Below, in pieces: positions 7,964 through 18,091 of a stretch of DNA of 64,000 nt. The notes under the pieces were generated by a model. That model had not been told where the DNA came from and made no database searches. It saw nothing but the letters and a program-made list of their open reading frames with translations. This stretch comes from an uncultured Chloroflexia bacterium (lineage in GTDB: Bacteria; Chloroflexota; Limnocylindria; Limnocylindrales; CSP1-4), in the NCBI GenBank assembly GCA_963749705.1, contig CAVVNQ010000002.1:1-64000 (forward strand). Direction: 5' to 3'. The first letter of the stretch is position 1. Each line of letters opens with the position of its first letter. A program made the position numbers and the translations under genes.

Positions 7964-8845
7964 ATGACCCGGAGCGCCAGGACCCTGATCGTTGGCACCG
8001 CGCTGCTGCTCGCCGCATGCAGCGTCGGCGGCGGCGCGCCCGGCACCTCGGCGACCCGGTCACCGGACCCGGTCGCCGATGCCTACTGGCTGCGGATGAC
8101 CACCACGCAGGCGATCCCACCGCTCGAGCTGTTCGGTCGGTTGCCGGACCTGGTGATCACCGGCGACGGGATCGCGGTGACGCCCGGCCCGATGCTCGCG
8201 ATCTACCCCGGGCCGCTGGTGCCCTCGCTGATCGGGCGCCGCCTGACCGAGGCTGGGCGAGCACAGATCATCGAGGCTGCGCGCGACGCCGGGCTGCTCG
8301 ATGGCCGGTCGGACCTCACGGGTGACGCGCCGATCGCGGGCGCCGAGACGGGTCGGATCGAGCTCACGGTCGATGGCCGGCGGGTGACGATCACGGGCGA
8401 CCCGTCGGCGCACATCGAGTGCATCACGACGCCGTGCGTCCCCGCGCCGGGCACGCCGGCGGCCTTCGGCGACCTGTGGCGACAGCTGTCGGACCTGGGG
8501 GGATGGCTTCGCGCGGAGCTGGGCCCCGAGATCGAGTTCGTGCCGCCTGCATACGCGCTCCTCGTGCGCCCCGCCCCGGAGGGGACGCGGGACCTGCCGC
8601 AGGCCCCGGCCATCTGGCCGCTCGAGACCCCGCTGGGAACCTTCGGGGTGCCGGTTGCCAGCGGGACCGCGCGCTGCGGGACGGTCGACGGCGCAGATGC
8701 CCGGACGCTTCGCCCTGCCCTGGAGACCGCCAACGCCCTGACGCCGTGGATCCAGACCAAGGATGACGTCGCGCAGTACGGGATCACCGTTCGCCCGCTC
8801 GCCCCGGGCGAGGACGCCTGTGCCGAGATCTTCGGTCCGGCCTGA
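7964..8845 (+). CDS. Hypothetical lipoprotein
   Basis: Lipobox LLLAAC; GAGG RBS; four further Cys residues. Confidence 0.8.
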   Translation: MTRSARTLIVGTALLLAACSVGGGAPGTSATRSPDPVADAYWLRMTTTQAIPPLELFGRLPDLVITGDGIAVTPGPMLAIYPGPLVPSLIGRRLTEAGRAQIIEAARDAGLLDGRSDLTGDAPIAGAETGRIELTVDGRRVTITGDPSAHIECITTPCVPAPGTPAAFGDLWRQLSDLGGWLRAELGPEIEFVPPAYALLVRPAPEGTRDLPQAPAIWPLETPLGTFGVPVASGTARCGTVDGADARTLRPALETANALTPWIQTKDDVAQYGITVRPLAPGEDACAEIFGPA

Positions 8846-8848
8846 TCC

Positions 8849-9421
8849 TCAGACCCTGCGCCGGACCACGACGCGAGGCCGCCCGCCACCCGCCTTCGAC
8901 GTGGTGGGGGCGGCCACGATGAACCCCGCGCGTTCGAACATCGGCAACGTGCCCATATAGGCCGACGCCGAGGAGACGCGACCCTCGCCGGGATCGACCG
9001 GATAACCCTCGATCGTCGATGCGCCGTGCCTCGTCGCGTATTCGACCGCGGCGTCGAGGAGCGCCCGCGCCAACCCGGCCCGCCGCGCGGCCCGCGCGAT
9101 CACGAAGCAGTTGACGACCCACACCCGATCCCCGGGGAGCTGCGGGAGCGTCCGGGAGCGCGCCAGGCGCTCGAAATCGTCGCGCGGACCGAGGCCGACC
9201 CATCCAACCGCTCGGTCACCGTCCATCGCGACCAGTCCGGGGGCGGGATCCGAGTCGACGAGCGCGCGCAGCCGCCCTCGGTTCTCATCGACGGTGGCGT
9301 TCGACCAGTTCGATCCAGGGCGACGCCACCACTGGCACCAGCACCACCTGGCATCTCCGGGGGCGGAGAACAGCTCGAGGATGGCGGACCAGACGGCTGG
9401 CGAGGCGGGGACGATCTCCAT
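8849..9421 (-). CDS. GNAT acetyltransferase (CWC-motif family)
   Basis: CWCQWWR, CFVI..ARRAGLARALL, IEGYPVD, MFERAGF; CACAAT -10 lies 7 nt before the ATG. Confidence 0.88.
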   Translation of the reverse strand: MEIVPASPAVWSAILELFSAPGDARWCWCQWWRRPGSNWSNATVDENRGRLRALVDSDPAPGLVAMDGDRAVGWVGLGPRDDFERLARSRTLPQLPGDRVWVVNCFVIARAARRAGLARALLDAAVEYATRHGASTIEGYPVDPGEGRVSSASAYMGTLPMFERAGFIVAAPTTSKAGGGRPRVVVRRRV

Positions 9422-9563
9422 CGTCGGCATTGTGCCCTTCCCGACGCGGCAACGGTGCCAGGCGCGGCCGGCCGGTCGCGCCTGGCACCACCTCGCGGGC
9501 TTGCCCCGGCGCGTACGGTGAACACTCGGGATTGGCAGGGACGAAGCAGGCGGGAGGTCGAGC

Positions 9564-10019
9564 GTGAGCGGCGAGCACGCGGGATCGGGCGGGGCGCGGA
9601 TGGCAGACCGGCGGAAGGCAATTGCCCGCAGGTGGTACGAGGACGTGATCAACGATCGCAACCTCGACGCCATTGCCGAGATCTACACCCCGGACTACGT
9701 CCACCACGGCCCCGACGGCGCCGAGATGCACGGCCCGGATGCCGTGCGCGCCCTCGCCGCGGCGATCCTCGACGCGTCCGAGGACCGGCATGCGATCGTC
9801 GTTCAGCAGGTGGCCGAGGATGACCTGGTGGCCACGCGCTTCATCAGTCGCGGTCGCCACACGGGCGTGTTCAGGGGTCGCAAGCCGAGCGGCCGCGTCT
9901 GGACCACCGAGGGCATCCATATCAGCCGGATCGAGGACGGCAGGGTCGCAGAGGACTGGGAGGTCTCCCACCACTCCGGCATCGAGGACGAGGCGGCCGC
10001 GGGCGACGATTCCGCGTGA
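9564..10019 (+). CDS. SnoaL-like ester cyclase (NTF2 fold)
   Basis: KAIARRWYE..IN, VAEDDLVATR, GRHTG.F.G..PSGR, GRVAEDW; GGAGGT RBS. Confidence 0.88.
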   Translation: MSGEHAGSGGARMADRRKAIARRWYEDVINDRNLDAIAEIYTPDYVHHGPDGAEMHGPDAVRALAAAILDASEDRHAIVVQQVAEDDLVATRFISRGRHTGVFRGRKPSGRVWTTEGIHISRIEDGRVAEDWEVSHHSGIEDEAAAGDDSA

Positions 10020-10126
10020 GGCTTGCGACGATCGCGCTTGACGCGGGAGCGACAATTCTCCGATCCGGTTGGGTGACCCCGACCACAACCGTTCAACCCG
10101 ATCGGACACAAGGAGCGTCCCAAGCC

Positions 10127-10867
10127 ATGGCCCACGAAGCCCTTCCGCCAAGCGTCCAGGACCCGTCCGTCCCGGCCGCCCCGGGCGAGCGCGCACCCGA
10201 CCCGCGTGAGGCGCAGTTCCTGGCGACCGAGCACTGGAGCCTGCTGGCGACCCGGTCGCTGAGCTGGAGCGAGGCGTTCAGCCGGACCGGGATGTTCCTG
10301 TCGACGCTGTCCGCCGCCACGGTGGCGCTGGCCCTGGTCGGTCCGGCGACCTCGTTCGGCGACGAGTTCGCGGTCTTCGCTCTGGTGATCCTGTCGATCA
10401 CCCTGTTCCTCGGGGTCGCGACGTTCGCACGCCTGACCCAGGTCAACAACGAGGACCTGTACTGGGTGGCCGGCATGAACCGCCTGCGCGGGGCGTACGT
10501 CAGACTCGTACCCGGGATCGAGAACGACTTCTTTGCCGGCTGGACCGTCGATCCGAGGGGCATCTCGAGGACGTTCGCCGCGGTCGATGTCAGCGCCCCG
10601 GCGCCGTTGCACCTGCTGGTCACGACCCCGGCCGTGGTGGGCATCATCTCGGCGGCGATCGCCGGGGTCATCGCCGGGCTCGCCGCGATCCAGGTGTCCG
10701 CGGGCATGGGCCCGGCGATCGGGGTGGGTCTGGTCGTGTTCGGCATCGGGATCGCCCTGTTCATCGGGTTCTCGATCCGCGAGGGGCGACGGTTCATCCG
10801 CCGGATCGACGCGCTCGTCGCCGACCAGGAGGCGATCGAGCGACGAGGTGATCGCCGGCGCGACTGA
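10127..10867 (+). CDS. Hypothetical 4-TM membrane protein
   Basis: AAGGAG RBS; QFLATEHWSLLATRS N-terminal motif; four hydrophobic segments. Confidence 0.8.
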   Translation: MAHEALPPSVQDPSVPAAPGERAPDPREAQFLATEHWSLLATRSLSWSEAFSRTGMFLSTLSAATVALALVGPATSFGDEFAVFALVILSITLFLGVATFARLTQVNNEDLYWVAGMNRLRGAYVRLVPGIENDFFAGWTVDPRGISRTFAAVDVSAPAPLHLLVTTPAVVGIISAAIAGVIAGLAAIQVSAGMGPAIGVGLVVFGIGIALFIGFSIREGRRFIRRIDALVADQEAIERRGDRRRD

Positions 10868-10994
10868 CGCGGAAACCCGGAACACCCGCCGACGCAGCTC
10901 GACCGCACCGCCCGAACGCGGACCATCGCGGCTCGTATCCTTGTGCGAGATCCGCATCGCCTCGCCCGGGGCCGCCCACCACGGAGGGATTCGC

Positions 10995-11408
10995 ATGCTG
11001 CGTCGCGCTCTCGTCGTCTGCATCCTCGCGCTCGGGCTGGTGGGCTGCGGCGGGTCGTCGCCGACTGATGCGCCGATCACCACGCCGCCGAGCGCGGAAC
11101 CGACGCTGACGCCGACCCTGGCGCCGAGCGAAGGCCCCTCCACTGTCGGGGTCGGCGACACGCAGACAGCGGCATGCGATGCGATCGGCGTTCGCAAGAG
11201 CCCGTCCACCGACGGGATCCTTGTTGCTCGCGTCTACAGGGGCGCGACGGTCCACGTGGCCGAGGTCGTGACCGGCAATTCGTATACGGTCGGCGCCTGC
11301 GGATCGGGCGGGGACTCCTGGCTCAAGATCGACGAGATCAACGGCAAGACCATCGACTCGCTGTACGGGATCGAGTTCGGCTATACGGCCGCCGGCCTGT
11401 ACCAGTAG
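10995..11408 (+). CDS. Small lipoprotein with SH3b-like domain
   Basis: GGAGG RBS; lipobox LGLVGC; P/T linker; VRKSPSTDG.LVARVYRG..V.V and WLKI, SH3b-like. Confidence 0.75.
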   Translation: MLRRALVVCILALGLVGCGGSSPTDAPITTPPSAEPTLTPTLAPSEGPSTVGVGDTQTAACDAIGVRKSPSTDGILVARVYRGATVHVAEVVTGNSYTVGACGSGGDSWLKIDEINGKTIDSLYGIEFGYTAAGLYQ

Positions 11409-11420
11409 CCGGACCTGACC

Positions 11421-12341
11421 TTGGGATCTGCGGCGTATCGGGCTCCCGCGCGTTCGATCGCCGCGCTGGTTCGAGACGGCATCCTGGACGCGGAGCTCGC
11501 CGCCCTGCTGTGGCTCCTGCTCGACGCCCGGCTGCCGGTCGTCGTCGTCGGGGCGCCCGGCTCGGGGCGGAGCACCCTGGTCGCCGCGCTGCTCGACCTG
11601 CTGCCAGTGGGCTCGCGCACGAGGCGCCTCGCCGGTGCCGACGAGGACTTCGACTGGCTGCCCGAGGCAGGCGAGCTGGGCTGGCGGCGCCAGGCGGGTG
11701 GGGATCCGGGGAACCGGCGGGCGGGGACGCCGGCCCGCGCGGGAGACACGGTCCTGATCGTGGCTGGCCTGGGCGATGGCCCGCCGTTCGGGACGCCCGG
11801 GCCGCAGGCAAGGATCGCGATCCGTGCGCTGTCGCTGGGCTACGGCATGGTGGCGACGATGACGGGGGACGGGCTCGACGACGTGTTCGCGAGACTCCAC
11901 GCTCCGGAGGTCGGCGCTGACGACGACGAGCTGTCCCGGCTAGGGCTCGTGCTGGTGATGAGGCGCGTGCCGGCGGGTTCAGGCTCGGGCGACCGAGGCT
12001 CGGGCGCCGGCGATGCGGGCGATCCGGAGGGCCCCCACCGGGTCGTCGCCGCGCACTACGTCCGGCCGGTCGTGCGCGATGCGCACGGGCACGTCCAGCG
12101 GATGCCGCCGGCGGTCCTCGCCGCGTGGGAGCCGCGGACCGATCGCCTCGAGCACTTCGCGTGGGGGATCGTCGGCGAGCTTGCTCAGCGGGCCGGCCCG
12201 CGCCCAACGGAGTTCGAGCGGGAGCAGGCGCGCCGCGCGAGCTACATCGGCGGCCTTGCTGCCGCCGGGCTCATCGACCCGGGCGAGGTGCGGACGGCGA
12301 TCGCGGGCTATCGCGAAGCCGCGGCAGAGCGGCCCGACTGA
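11421..12341 (+). CDS. Degenerate VirB11/CpaF-like secretion ATPase C-terminal domain
   Basis: LVRDGILDAELAALLWLLL..VVVVGAPGSGRSTLVAALL; altered Walker and His-box motifs; start uncertain. Confidence 0.65.
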   Translation: MGSAAYRAPARSIAALVRDGILDAELAALLWLLLDARLPVVVVGAPGSGRSTLVAALLDLLPVGSRTRRLAGADEDFDWLPEAGELGWRRQAGGDPGNRRAGTPARAGDTVLIVAGLGDGPPFGTPGPQARIAIRALSLGYGMVATMTGDGLDDVFARLHAPEVGADDDELSRLGLVLVMRRVPAGSGSGDRGSGAGDAGDPEGPHRVVAAHYVRPVVRDAHGHVQRMPPAVLAAWEPRTDRLEHFAWGIVGELAQRAGPRPTEFEREQARRASYIGGLAAAGLIDPGEVRTAIAGYREAAAERPD

Positions 12342-12383
12342 CGAAGCCGCGCTAACGGTCTGCTCGCACGGGACCCGGCTCGT

Positions 12384-12423
12384 GTCGTGCGGCGCAACGG
12401 CCCGCGTCGTGCGGCGCAACGGC
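12384..12423. repeat. 18-nt direct repeat GTCGTGCGGCGCAACGGC x2 (22-nt period)
   Basis: Copies at 12384 and 12406. Confidence 0.85.
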
Positions 12424-12523
12424 GCACGCCGGGCCGGGCACCTGTCGTAGAGTTCCGCCGGGGCGCGTCCCACTCGACCCCAACCGTTGCCGGGTCGTGG
12501 GCCGCCATGCAAGGGAGGCGTTC

Positions 12524-13015
12524 GTGCTTCAGCTGTTCCTCGTGCTGCACGTGCTCGGTGCGATCGCGGTCTTCGGACCGACGTTTGCATTCCCGTTGAT
12601 CGCCGGCCAGGCGGCCAAGACGCCGCAGCACGGCCACTTCGCCGCGCTCGTCACCGATGCGATCGAGCGCAAGATCGTGATCCCGGGCGCCATCGTCCAG
12701 GGCATCACCGGCCTTGCCCTCATCTTCATCATCGGTTTGGACATCACCAGCTCGGCGTGGCGCTGGCTGATCCTGGCCATCGTGCTGTACGTGATCGCCG
12801 TGGTCTACGCCGTCGCGGTCCAGGCTCCCGCGTCGGAGAAGATGGTCGAGCTGACGGCCGGTGGACCGCCCGCCGGCGCCCCGCCCGCCGGCGCTCCCGC
12901 GGGTCCGCCGCCGGAGATCGCCGCAACGGCCAAGAGGCTGCAGCGCGGCGGGATGTTCCTCACGGTGATGATCGTGGCCATCGTGATCCTGATGGTGACC
13001 AAGCCCATCAGCTGA
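12524..13015 (+). CDS. DUF2269-family membrane protein
   Basis: LHVLGAIAVFGPTF, 4 TM, C-terminal LMVTKP; GGGAGG RBS. Confidence 0.85.
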   Translation: MLQLFLVLHVLGAIAVFGPTFAFPLIAGQAAKTPQHGHFAALVTDAIERKIVIPGAIVQGITGLALIFIIGLDITSSAWRWLILAIVLYVIAVVYAVAVQAPASEKMVELTAGGPPAGAPPAGAPAGPPPEIAATAKRLQRGGMFLTVMIVAIVILMVTKPIS

Positions 13016-13215
13016 TCCGATCGTCCCGGCACGCGGGGCCAGGCGGCCCCCGTCGCCGGGCGCGCGTCCCTGAACGGCACGCCCGTTCCGCCCTACGCCG
13101 CGACGGTTCGGCCGGGCATTGTCGGTCGGTCGTCATTGTCCCGGCGGGCGCTTGCGTCCGCCGTCGCTCGACCGCGGCTACCATCTGTGGCGACGCCAAC
13201 AGGAGACCATGTCAC

Positions 13216-14619
13216 ATGCCCCACGTCGCCACGTCGATCGCCGACCTCGTTGCCATGCTCGCCGGGATCGCCCATATCGAGGGCGATGGCCTGGTCATCG
13301 ACGATGAGCGCAGGTTCCGCGCCGAGTCCGCCGCCGACCTCGCCTGGACCGCGGCGTTCACCGAGGACGACACGACGGCGGATGCGGTGCGCTGGATCGT
13401 GTGGGAGGCGAGCCAGGCGCTGGGGGCCCGGTCGGCCAGCATCGAGGACCTCTATCGCGCCCGTGGCCGCGGAGAGATCTCCGGGTTCACGGTTCCCGCG
13501 ATCAACATCCGCGCCCAGACCTTCGACATGGCCCGGACGCTCTACGCGACCGCGACCCGCGCCGACGTCGGCACCGTGATCTTCGAGCTCGCCCGGAGCG
13601 AGCAGACCTACACCTGGCAGCGACCGATGGACTACGCCACCTCGGTCCTCGCCGGCGCCATCGCTGCGGGTTGGTCGCATCCGGTGTTCATCCAGGGTGA
13701 CCACTACCAGTTCAACGCCAAGAAGTACGCGGCCGATCCCGAGGCGATGACCGAGGAGATCCGGCGGGCCTGCCGGCTGGCGATCGACGCCGGATACCGC
13801 AACATCGACATCGACAGCTCCACGCTGGTCGACCTCTCGCGACCCAACCTGGACGAGGAGCAGCGTGAGAACTACACCCGTGCAGCCGAGCTGACGGCGC
13901 TCATCCGAAGCCTCCAGGTCGACGGCGTCACCGTCAGCGTCGGCGGCGAGATCGGCGAGGTCGGCAAGCAGAACTCGACGCCCGACGAGCTGCGCGCGTA
14001 CCTCGACGGCTACACCCGCGAGCTCGAGGCGCGCGCGCCGGGGGCGAAGGGCCTGTCCAAGGTCAGTGTCCAGACCGGGACATCGCACGGTGGCGTGCCC
14101 CTGCCCGATGGCGGCGTGGCCGAGGTCAAGCTCGACTTCGAGGTGCTGCGCAAGCTGGGCGAGATCGCGCGCACGTACGGGCTCGCCGGCGCGGTCCAGC
14201 ACGGGGCGTCGACGCTGCCCGACGAGCTGTTCCACCACTTCCCGGCGGTGGAGACGGCCGAGATCCATCTCGCCACCGGGTTCCAGAACGCGTTGTACGA
14301 CCACCCGGCGTTCCCCGCCGAGCTGACGGCCGAGCTCGAGGCCTGGTGCCGGGAGAACGCGGCCGACGAGCGCAAGGCCGGCCAGACCGACGAGCAGTTC
14401 CTGTACACGACGAGGAAGAAGACGATCGGGCCGTTCAAGCGCCAGCTGTGGGAGCTCGAGACGCGAGAGCAGATCCTTGCGGACCAGAGCGCGAAGGTCG
14501 CCTACCTGTTCTCGGCGCTGGGCGTCAACGGGTCGATGGAGATGCTGGAGCGCTACATCCACCCGGTCCCGGTGACCCGTCCCATCCCGGCGGCCCTGCG
14601 CGACGCCGTCGGCAGCTGA
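13216..14619 (+). CDS. Class II fructose-bisphosphate aldolase family protein (long N-terminal extension type)
   Basis: VPAINIR, QGDH, IDIDSS, GEIGEVG, GTSHGG, QHGAS; AGGAG RBS. Confidence 0.9.
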   Translation: MPHVATSIADLVAMLAGIAHIEGDGLVIDDERRFRAESAADLAWTAAFTEDDTTADAVRWIVWEASQALGARSASIEDLYRARGRGEISGFTVPAINIRAQTFDMARTLYATATRADVGTVIFELARSEQTYTWQRPMDYATSVLAGAIAAGWSHPVFIQGDHYQFNAKKYAADPEAMTEEIRRACRLAIDAGYRNIDIDSSTLVDLSRPNLDEEQRENYTRAAELTALIRSLQVDGVTVSVGGEIGEVGKQNSTPDELRAYLDGYTRELEARAPGAKGLSKVSVQTGTSHGGVPLPDGGVAEVKLDFEVLRKLGEIARTYGLAGAVQHGASTLPDELFHHFPAVETAEIHLATGFQNALYDHPAFPAELTAELEAWCRENAADERKAGQTDEQFLYTTRKKTIGPFKRQLWELETREQILADQSAKVAYLFSALGVNGSMEMLERYIHPVPVTRPIPAALRDAVGS

Positions 14620-14620
14620 T

Positions 14621-15196
14621 TTGGAGAACGGCCCGGGTGGGGCGCCGTCGGACCCCGACCGGCCGCCCATCCCGATCACCGTCCGCCTCGAGGTTGCTGG
14701 CGACGAGCCGGCGATCCGGAGCGTCGAGGCGGCGGCGTTCCCGGGTCCCGAGGAGGCCGACATCGTCGACCGGATCCGTCGCGAGGCGCGGGCCGGATGG
14801 CAGTCGCTGGTGGCGGTCGACCCGGGCGGCCGGATCGTGGGCCACCTGTTGATGTCCCCGTGTCCGGTGATCGCGGAGGATGGCGCGCAGGTCGCCGAGG
14901 TCCTCGCCATCGGGCCTGTGGCCGTCCTGCCCGAGATCCAGCACCGCGGCGTCGGCTCGGCGCTGATGTCCGCGGCCACGGGCCTGGCGATCGCCCGCGC
15001 GGTCCCGGCGGTGGTCCTCCTCGGGCACCCCGCGTACTACGTCCGGTTCGGGTTCTCGCCCGCACGCCGGCTGGGGCTCGAACCGCCGGCCCCGGCGTGG
15101 CCCGACGAGGCGTGGCTGGCCCGGCTGCTGCCGGCGTGGACGGACGCGAGCGCCGGGACGGTCCGCTATCCGGAGGCGTTCGAGCCGCTCGCCTGA
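14621..15196 (+). CDS. YhbS-like GNAT acetyltransferase
   Basis: IGPVAVLPE.QHRGVGSALM, LLGHPAYYVRFGF. Confidence 0.9.
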   Translation: MENGPGGAPSDPDRPPIPITVRLEVAGDEPAIRSVEAAAFPGPEEADIVDRIRREARAGWQSLVAVDPGGRIVGHLLMSPCPVIAEDGAQVAEVLAIGPVAVLPEIQHRGVGSALMSAATGLAIARAVPAVVLLGHPAYYVRFGFSPARRLGLEPPAPAWPDEAWLARLLPAWTDASAGTVRYPEAFEPLA

Positions 15197-15264
15197 CTCG
15201 AACCTGAGCCGAACCCCCGCGCGACCCGAGCCCCCGTTCCCGCGCCGGGCGGTACGCTTCGCCC

Positions 15265-16371
15265 GTGGAACCGCCCGACAGGCCCGATGTGCCCGAGGCG
15301 CGCGGAGGCTCGGACACGTCCGACGCGCGCGAGGCGGGCGAGACGCCCGAGACGGGCGCGGCCCCCGGCACGCCGCCCCCGCGCATCTCCCCGGTCGTCC
15401 AGCTCGTGGCGGCGATCGGCGTCGCCGGGCTCGGTGCGGTGATCGTCCTGAGCGGCCTGCTCAACCTCGTGATCCCGGGTTCGACGCCCGGGCCGTCAAC
15501 GTCTGCCGGGCCCGCGATGGCGACCGGGACCGCGCCCGGGACGCCGTCCACCGGCCCGACGCTTCCGACCGGCGATCCCGTCCTGGTCGGGGCGGGGGAC
15601 ATCGCCACCTGCGACGGCACCGACGACGAGGCAACGGCCGCGCTGATCGAGCACATCGCGGGGTACGTGTTCACGCTCGGCGACAGCGCGTACGACGCGG
15701 GATCGGCCGCCCAGCTGGAGGAGTGCTACGGCCCGTCATGGGGCGGGCTCCTCGACCGGACCCGGTTTGCGGTCACCGGCAACCATGACGACCTGACCGA
15801 CGGAGGGGCGCCGTTCCGGGCGTACTTCGGGCAGGCCGCCTCGCGCGACGGGAAGACGTGGTTCTCGGAGGACCTCGGGACGTGGCACGTCGTCGTCCTC
15901 GACGCGAACTGCGATGTCCTCGATGGCGGTTGCGGCGAGGGCTCGACGGAGCTCGATTGGCTTCGCGCGGATCTTGCGGCCAGCACCGCCCGGTGCACGC
16001 TCGCGCTGTGGCACCAGCCCCGGTTCAGCAGCGGCTTCCACGGCGGCGACCCGGCCGTCGCGCCGTTCTGGGACGCCCTGTACGCGGCGGGCGCGGACCT
16101 GGTCCTCAATGGCCACGAGCACGACTATGAGCGATTCGGCCCCCAGGATCCGGGCGGCAACGCGGACCCGGCGCGCGGCCTGACCGAGATCGTGGTGGGA
16201 ACCGGGGGCGCGGCGCTCCGCTCGTTCGGGCCGCCGATCGCGAATGACGTCGTCCGGTCCAGCGTCGCGCACGGCGTCCTGGTGCTGACGCTCAGGCCGT
16301 CGGGCTGGGATTTCCGGTTCGTGTCGACGGACGGCTCGTTCAGCGACCAGGGGAGCGGCACGTGCCACTGA
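15265..16371 (+). CDS. Membrane-anchored metallophosphoesterase (purple acid phosphatase-like)
   Basis: N-terminal TM; GDIA, LGDSAY, GNHD, WHQP, GHEHDYER. Confidence 0.88.
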   Translation: MEPPDRPDVPEARGGSDTSDAREAGETPETGAAPGTPPPRISPVVQLVAAIGVAGLGAVIVLSGLLNLVIPGSTPGPSTSAGPAMATGTAPGTPSTGPTLPTGDPVLVGAGDIATCDGTDDEATAALIEHIAGYVFTLGDSAYDAGSAAQLEECYGPSWGGLLDRTRFAVTGNHDDLTDGGAPFRAYFGQAASRDGKTWFSEDLGTWHVVVLDANCDVLDGGCGEGSTELDWLRADLAASTARCTLALWHQPRFSSGFHGGDPAVAPFWDALYAAGADLVLNGHEHDYERFGPQDPGGNADPARGLTEIVVGTGGAALRSFGPPIANDVVRSSVAHGVLVLTLRPSGWDFRFVSTDGSFSDQGSGTCH

Positions 16372-16465
16372 ACACGCCGACGTCGGGGTCCGCCGACCCG
16401 CGACCCGGTGCAGGCCGGTCGTGCGCGATCCGCGTGGTCGCCGGCCACACGGCATCATCGTCGCG

Positions 16466-17302
16466 ATGACCGAACCGTCCTTCGGACCCGCCTGGTCCGC
16501 ATCGCTCGCCCGCGCGTCCGAGGGCCAGCTCCGCGAATGGCTCGCGTTCGCGCTCGAGGCGTGCGACGTCGCCGATTCGATCGCGCTGGCGCACTACCGC
16601 CGCGACCTGGATGTCGAGCGCAAGCCCGATCGGACGTTCGTCACCGTCGCCGACCAGGCGATCGAGCGCGAGATCCGGACCCGCATCAGGGCCCGCTGGC
16701 CGGGCGACGGCCTGGTGGGCGAGGAGTACGGCACCGAGGTCGGTGACGCCGCCACCCGCTGGTACATCGACCCGATCGACGGGACCCACAACTTCATCCG
16801 CGGCGTGCCCCTGTTCGGGACGCTGCTCGCCGTCGAGCACGAGGGCGAGCTCCAGGTGGGCGTCATCTCCGCGCCGGCGATGCGTGAGCGCTGGTACGCG
16901 CATCGCGGCGGCGGGGCATGGAACCGCGGCCTCGACGGGGAGCGGCAGCTCCACGTCTCGCGCGTGAGCCGGCTCGAGGACGCCCAGATCGTGTACGGGA
17001 GCGGCCGTGACACCATGGCGTCGGGGCTGATGCCGGGGTTCGACGCCCTGATCACCGCCGCCTGGCGCGAACGGGGGTTCGGCGACTTCTGGGGCTACGC
17101 CCTCGTGGCGGAAGGCGCAGCCGAGGCGATGCTCGAGACCGGGATCCACAGCTGGGACATCGCCGCACCGATGGTGCTGATCGAGGAGGCGGGCGGCCGC
17201 GTCACCGACGTCGGCGGCAATCGGCGGGCGGACGCGCCGTCGTTCGTCGGCTCGAACGGACACCTGCACGAGGTGGTGCTCCGGCGGGTCCGCGAGGGAT
17301 AG
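16466..17302 (+). CDS. hisN: Histidinol-phosphatase (inositol monophosphatase family)
   Basis: KPD.TFVT.AD, GEE, IDPIDGT.NF.RG.P.FGTL, RGFGDFWGY.LVAEG, WDIAA. Confidence 0.82.
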   Translation: MTEPSFGPAWSASLARASEGQLREWLAFALEACDVADSIALAHYRRDLDVERKPDRTFVTVADQAIEREIRTRIRARWPGDGLVGEEYGTEVGDAATRWYIDPIDGTHNFIRGVPLFGTLLAVEHEGELQVGVISAPAMRERWYAHRGGGAWNRGLDGERQLHVSRVSRLEDAQIVYGSGRDTMASGLMPGFDALITAAWRERGFGDFWGYALVAEGAAEAMLETGIHSWDIAAPMVLIEEAGGRVTDVGGNRRADAPSFVGSNGHLHEVVLRRVREG

Positions 17303-17332
17303 GTCGCGCGCCGCCGTGCGCCGCCGCGGGCG

Positions 17333-18091
17333 TCAGGCGGGCGGCCGCCAGGTCGCGAACGTCCAGCACACGGCGACGACCGCGGCGGCGACCAGGAGGC
17401 CGAGCAATAGCTGGCCGCTCGCGATTCCCCAGCCACCGCCGCCGATGGCCCCGCACACGCCCACGACGGCGAAGAACGCGATCCGCATGCCCCGCGTTCC
17501 CGGCGGCGAGGCTCGGTGGTCCACGCCGCGGGCCCCTGTGCCTGCGGCCAGCCAGTCCTCGGCGCTCGGCTCCCACGCGCGGGCCCGCGCGCTCGGGTGC
17601 GATGACGGCCGGGCCGGAGCCCGCCGCTCGCCGCTGGCCTTCGGACGCGCGCCTACCAGCGGCTCGAGGCCCAGCAGCCGTCGACCGGGTTCCGCGAGCT
17701 CTTCCGCGACCTCCTGGTCGAGGACGTCCTCCATCACGGCGACCGAGACGGTGTCCTCGAGGCCCTGGAGCAACGCGACCGTGTCCTCGGGCCGGGCATT
17801 GGTGCGTGACCGGAATCCGTACGTGCCCTGCGGCCACTCGCTTGCGATCCTGGTCGCGACGGCGTTGCGTACGGCGGCTCGCGCCTCCTCGACCAGCGGC
17901 ATCCGTCCCCGTTCGGCGGCGTCTGCCTCGAGCTCCGCGAGCAGGGCGTCGTGCCGATCATCGTGAGGTCGCGCGAGCGCGATGCCGGCGAGGTCCGCGC
18001 CGCTCAGCCGGTCGATCGCCTCGAACACGGCCTCGACGCGTCTCCGGGCGGCGGGCTCCCCGGGCGCCAACAGGCGATTCGGCTCGATCAC
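17333..18091 (-). CDS. Hypothetical protein with two C-terminal TM helices (true start possibly GTG 18120 via a 1-nt indel)
   Basis: Helical N-terminal domain plus hydrophobic hairpin; fills the gap downstream of gabT. Confidence 0.7.
   Translation of the reverse strand: MIEPNRLLAPGEPAARRRVEAVFEAIDRLSGADLAGIALARPHDDRHDALLAELEADAAERGRMPLVEEARAAVRNAVATRIASEWPQGTYGFRSRTNARPEDTVALLQGLEDTVSVAVMEDVLDQEVAEELAEPGRRLLGLEPLVGARPKASGERRAPARPSSHPSARARAWEPSAEDWLAAGTGARGVDHRASPPGTRGMRIAFFAVVGVCGAIGGGGWGIASGQLLLGLLVAAAVVAVCWTFATWRPPA

Noticed and set aside
7229-8046. Predicted ORFs covering the 7.2-7.96 kb gap, including the 7505 extension of the lipoprotein
   Set aside because: No coding bias or motifs; the lipoprotein signal peptide begins at 7964
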